64,000 nt of DNA from Trichormus sp. ATA11-4-KO1 (lineage in GTDB: Bacteria > Cyanobacteriota > Cyanobacteriia > Cyanobacteriales > Nostocaceae). How positions within the stretch are numbered: position 1 is the first letter of the stretch; the number at the start of each line of letters is the position of its first letter. The stretch covers positions 32,001-96,000 of the forward strand of contig JAHHIM010000011.1 of the NCBI GenBank assembly GCA_019358915.1, given 5' to 3'. The translations under genes were made by a program, and so were the position numbers. Below the pieces are notes generated by a model. The model was not told the DNA's origin, did no database searches, and worked only from the letters and a program-made list of their open reading frames with translations. This document shows positions 63,727 to 64,000 of this stretch, piece by piece.

Positions 63727-64000
63727 TTAATCAATGGATGCTAGACCAGCAATTGTTAAAGGTTTTGTTGTATCTTCAATTTTTGTATTAATTGACTGCA
63801 CCATTGGTGTTGTACTGATAGCATCGATGCCTATCGAGTCTGTATTAAACTCACTACTGCTTGGCTCGTTAATTGCCAGGCGATCGCACGGAATTGTATC
63901 CGATAAAATTGCACTTGCCATCATCCCCGTATGAATCTCCATTTGAGATGCTTGCGGGGCTTCAAACACGAGGCGTTGTCCAGGAAAAACAACTCTTTCA
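63727..64000 (-). CDS. DUF1830-like protein, 5'-partial at window edge
   Basis: frame open to the edge: ERVVFPGQRLVFEAP..MEIHTG..AILSDTIPC. Confidence 0.78.
   Translation of the reverse strand, partial: ERVVFPGQRLVFEAPQASQMEIHTGMMASAILSDTIPCDRLAINEPSSSEFNTDSIGIDAISTTPMVQSINTKIEDTTKPLTIAGLASID

Overview
Chromosomal window of a filamentous Nostocales-type cyanobacterium (abundant HIP1 octamer GCGATCGC, heptamer STRR tracts, psaE/ndhO/isiA genes). From left to right it holds: a cluster of partly decayed PIN toxin-antitoxin (TA) genes; an iron-stress locus with four IsiA/CP43-family genes (one fused to PsaL), flavodoxin and an isiC-like gene, split by an oppositely oriented tetR-MATE pair with a perfect 38-bp palindrome; an uncharacterised two-gene accessory module; a gap-pyk-tal-ackA-ppsA catabolic cluster; an Rpn-family gene with an internal in-frame start; a Cph1-type phytochrome operon; a CRISPR array with 14 perfect 37-bp repeats and no cas genes in the window; and housekeeping genes (typA, mraY, psaE, mutM, ndhO, mdh, pgi, natCA, hemA, glpX, grx, tadA, bolA) interleaved with small accessory genes. 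The most unusual structure is a tandem array of two different hicAB cassettes behind natA, each followed by a relic copy of the natA 3' end whose homology starts right after a HIP1 site. Also notable are a tandem Nif11-like-domain protein with no maturase, a CRISPR spacer that mimics the array's own repeat, and several gene truncations or tiny insertions at HIP1 sites. Family assignments come from motif recognition only; no searches were run.
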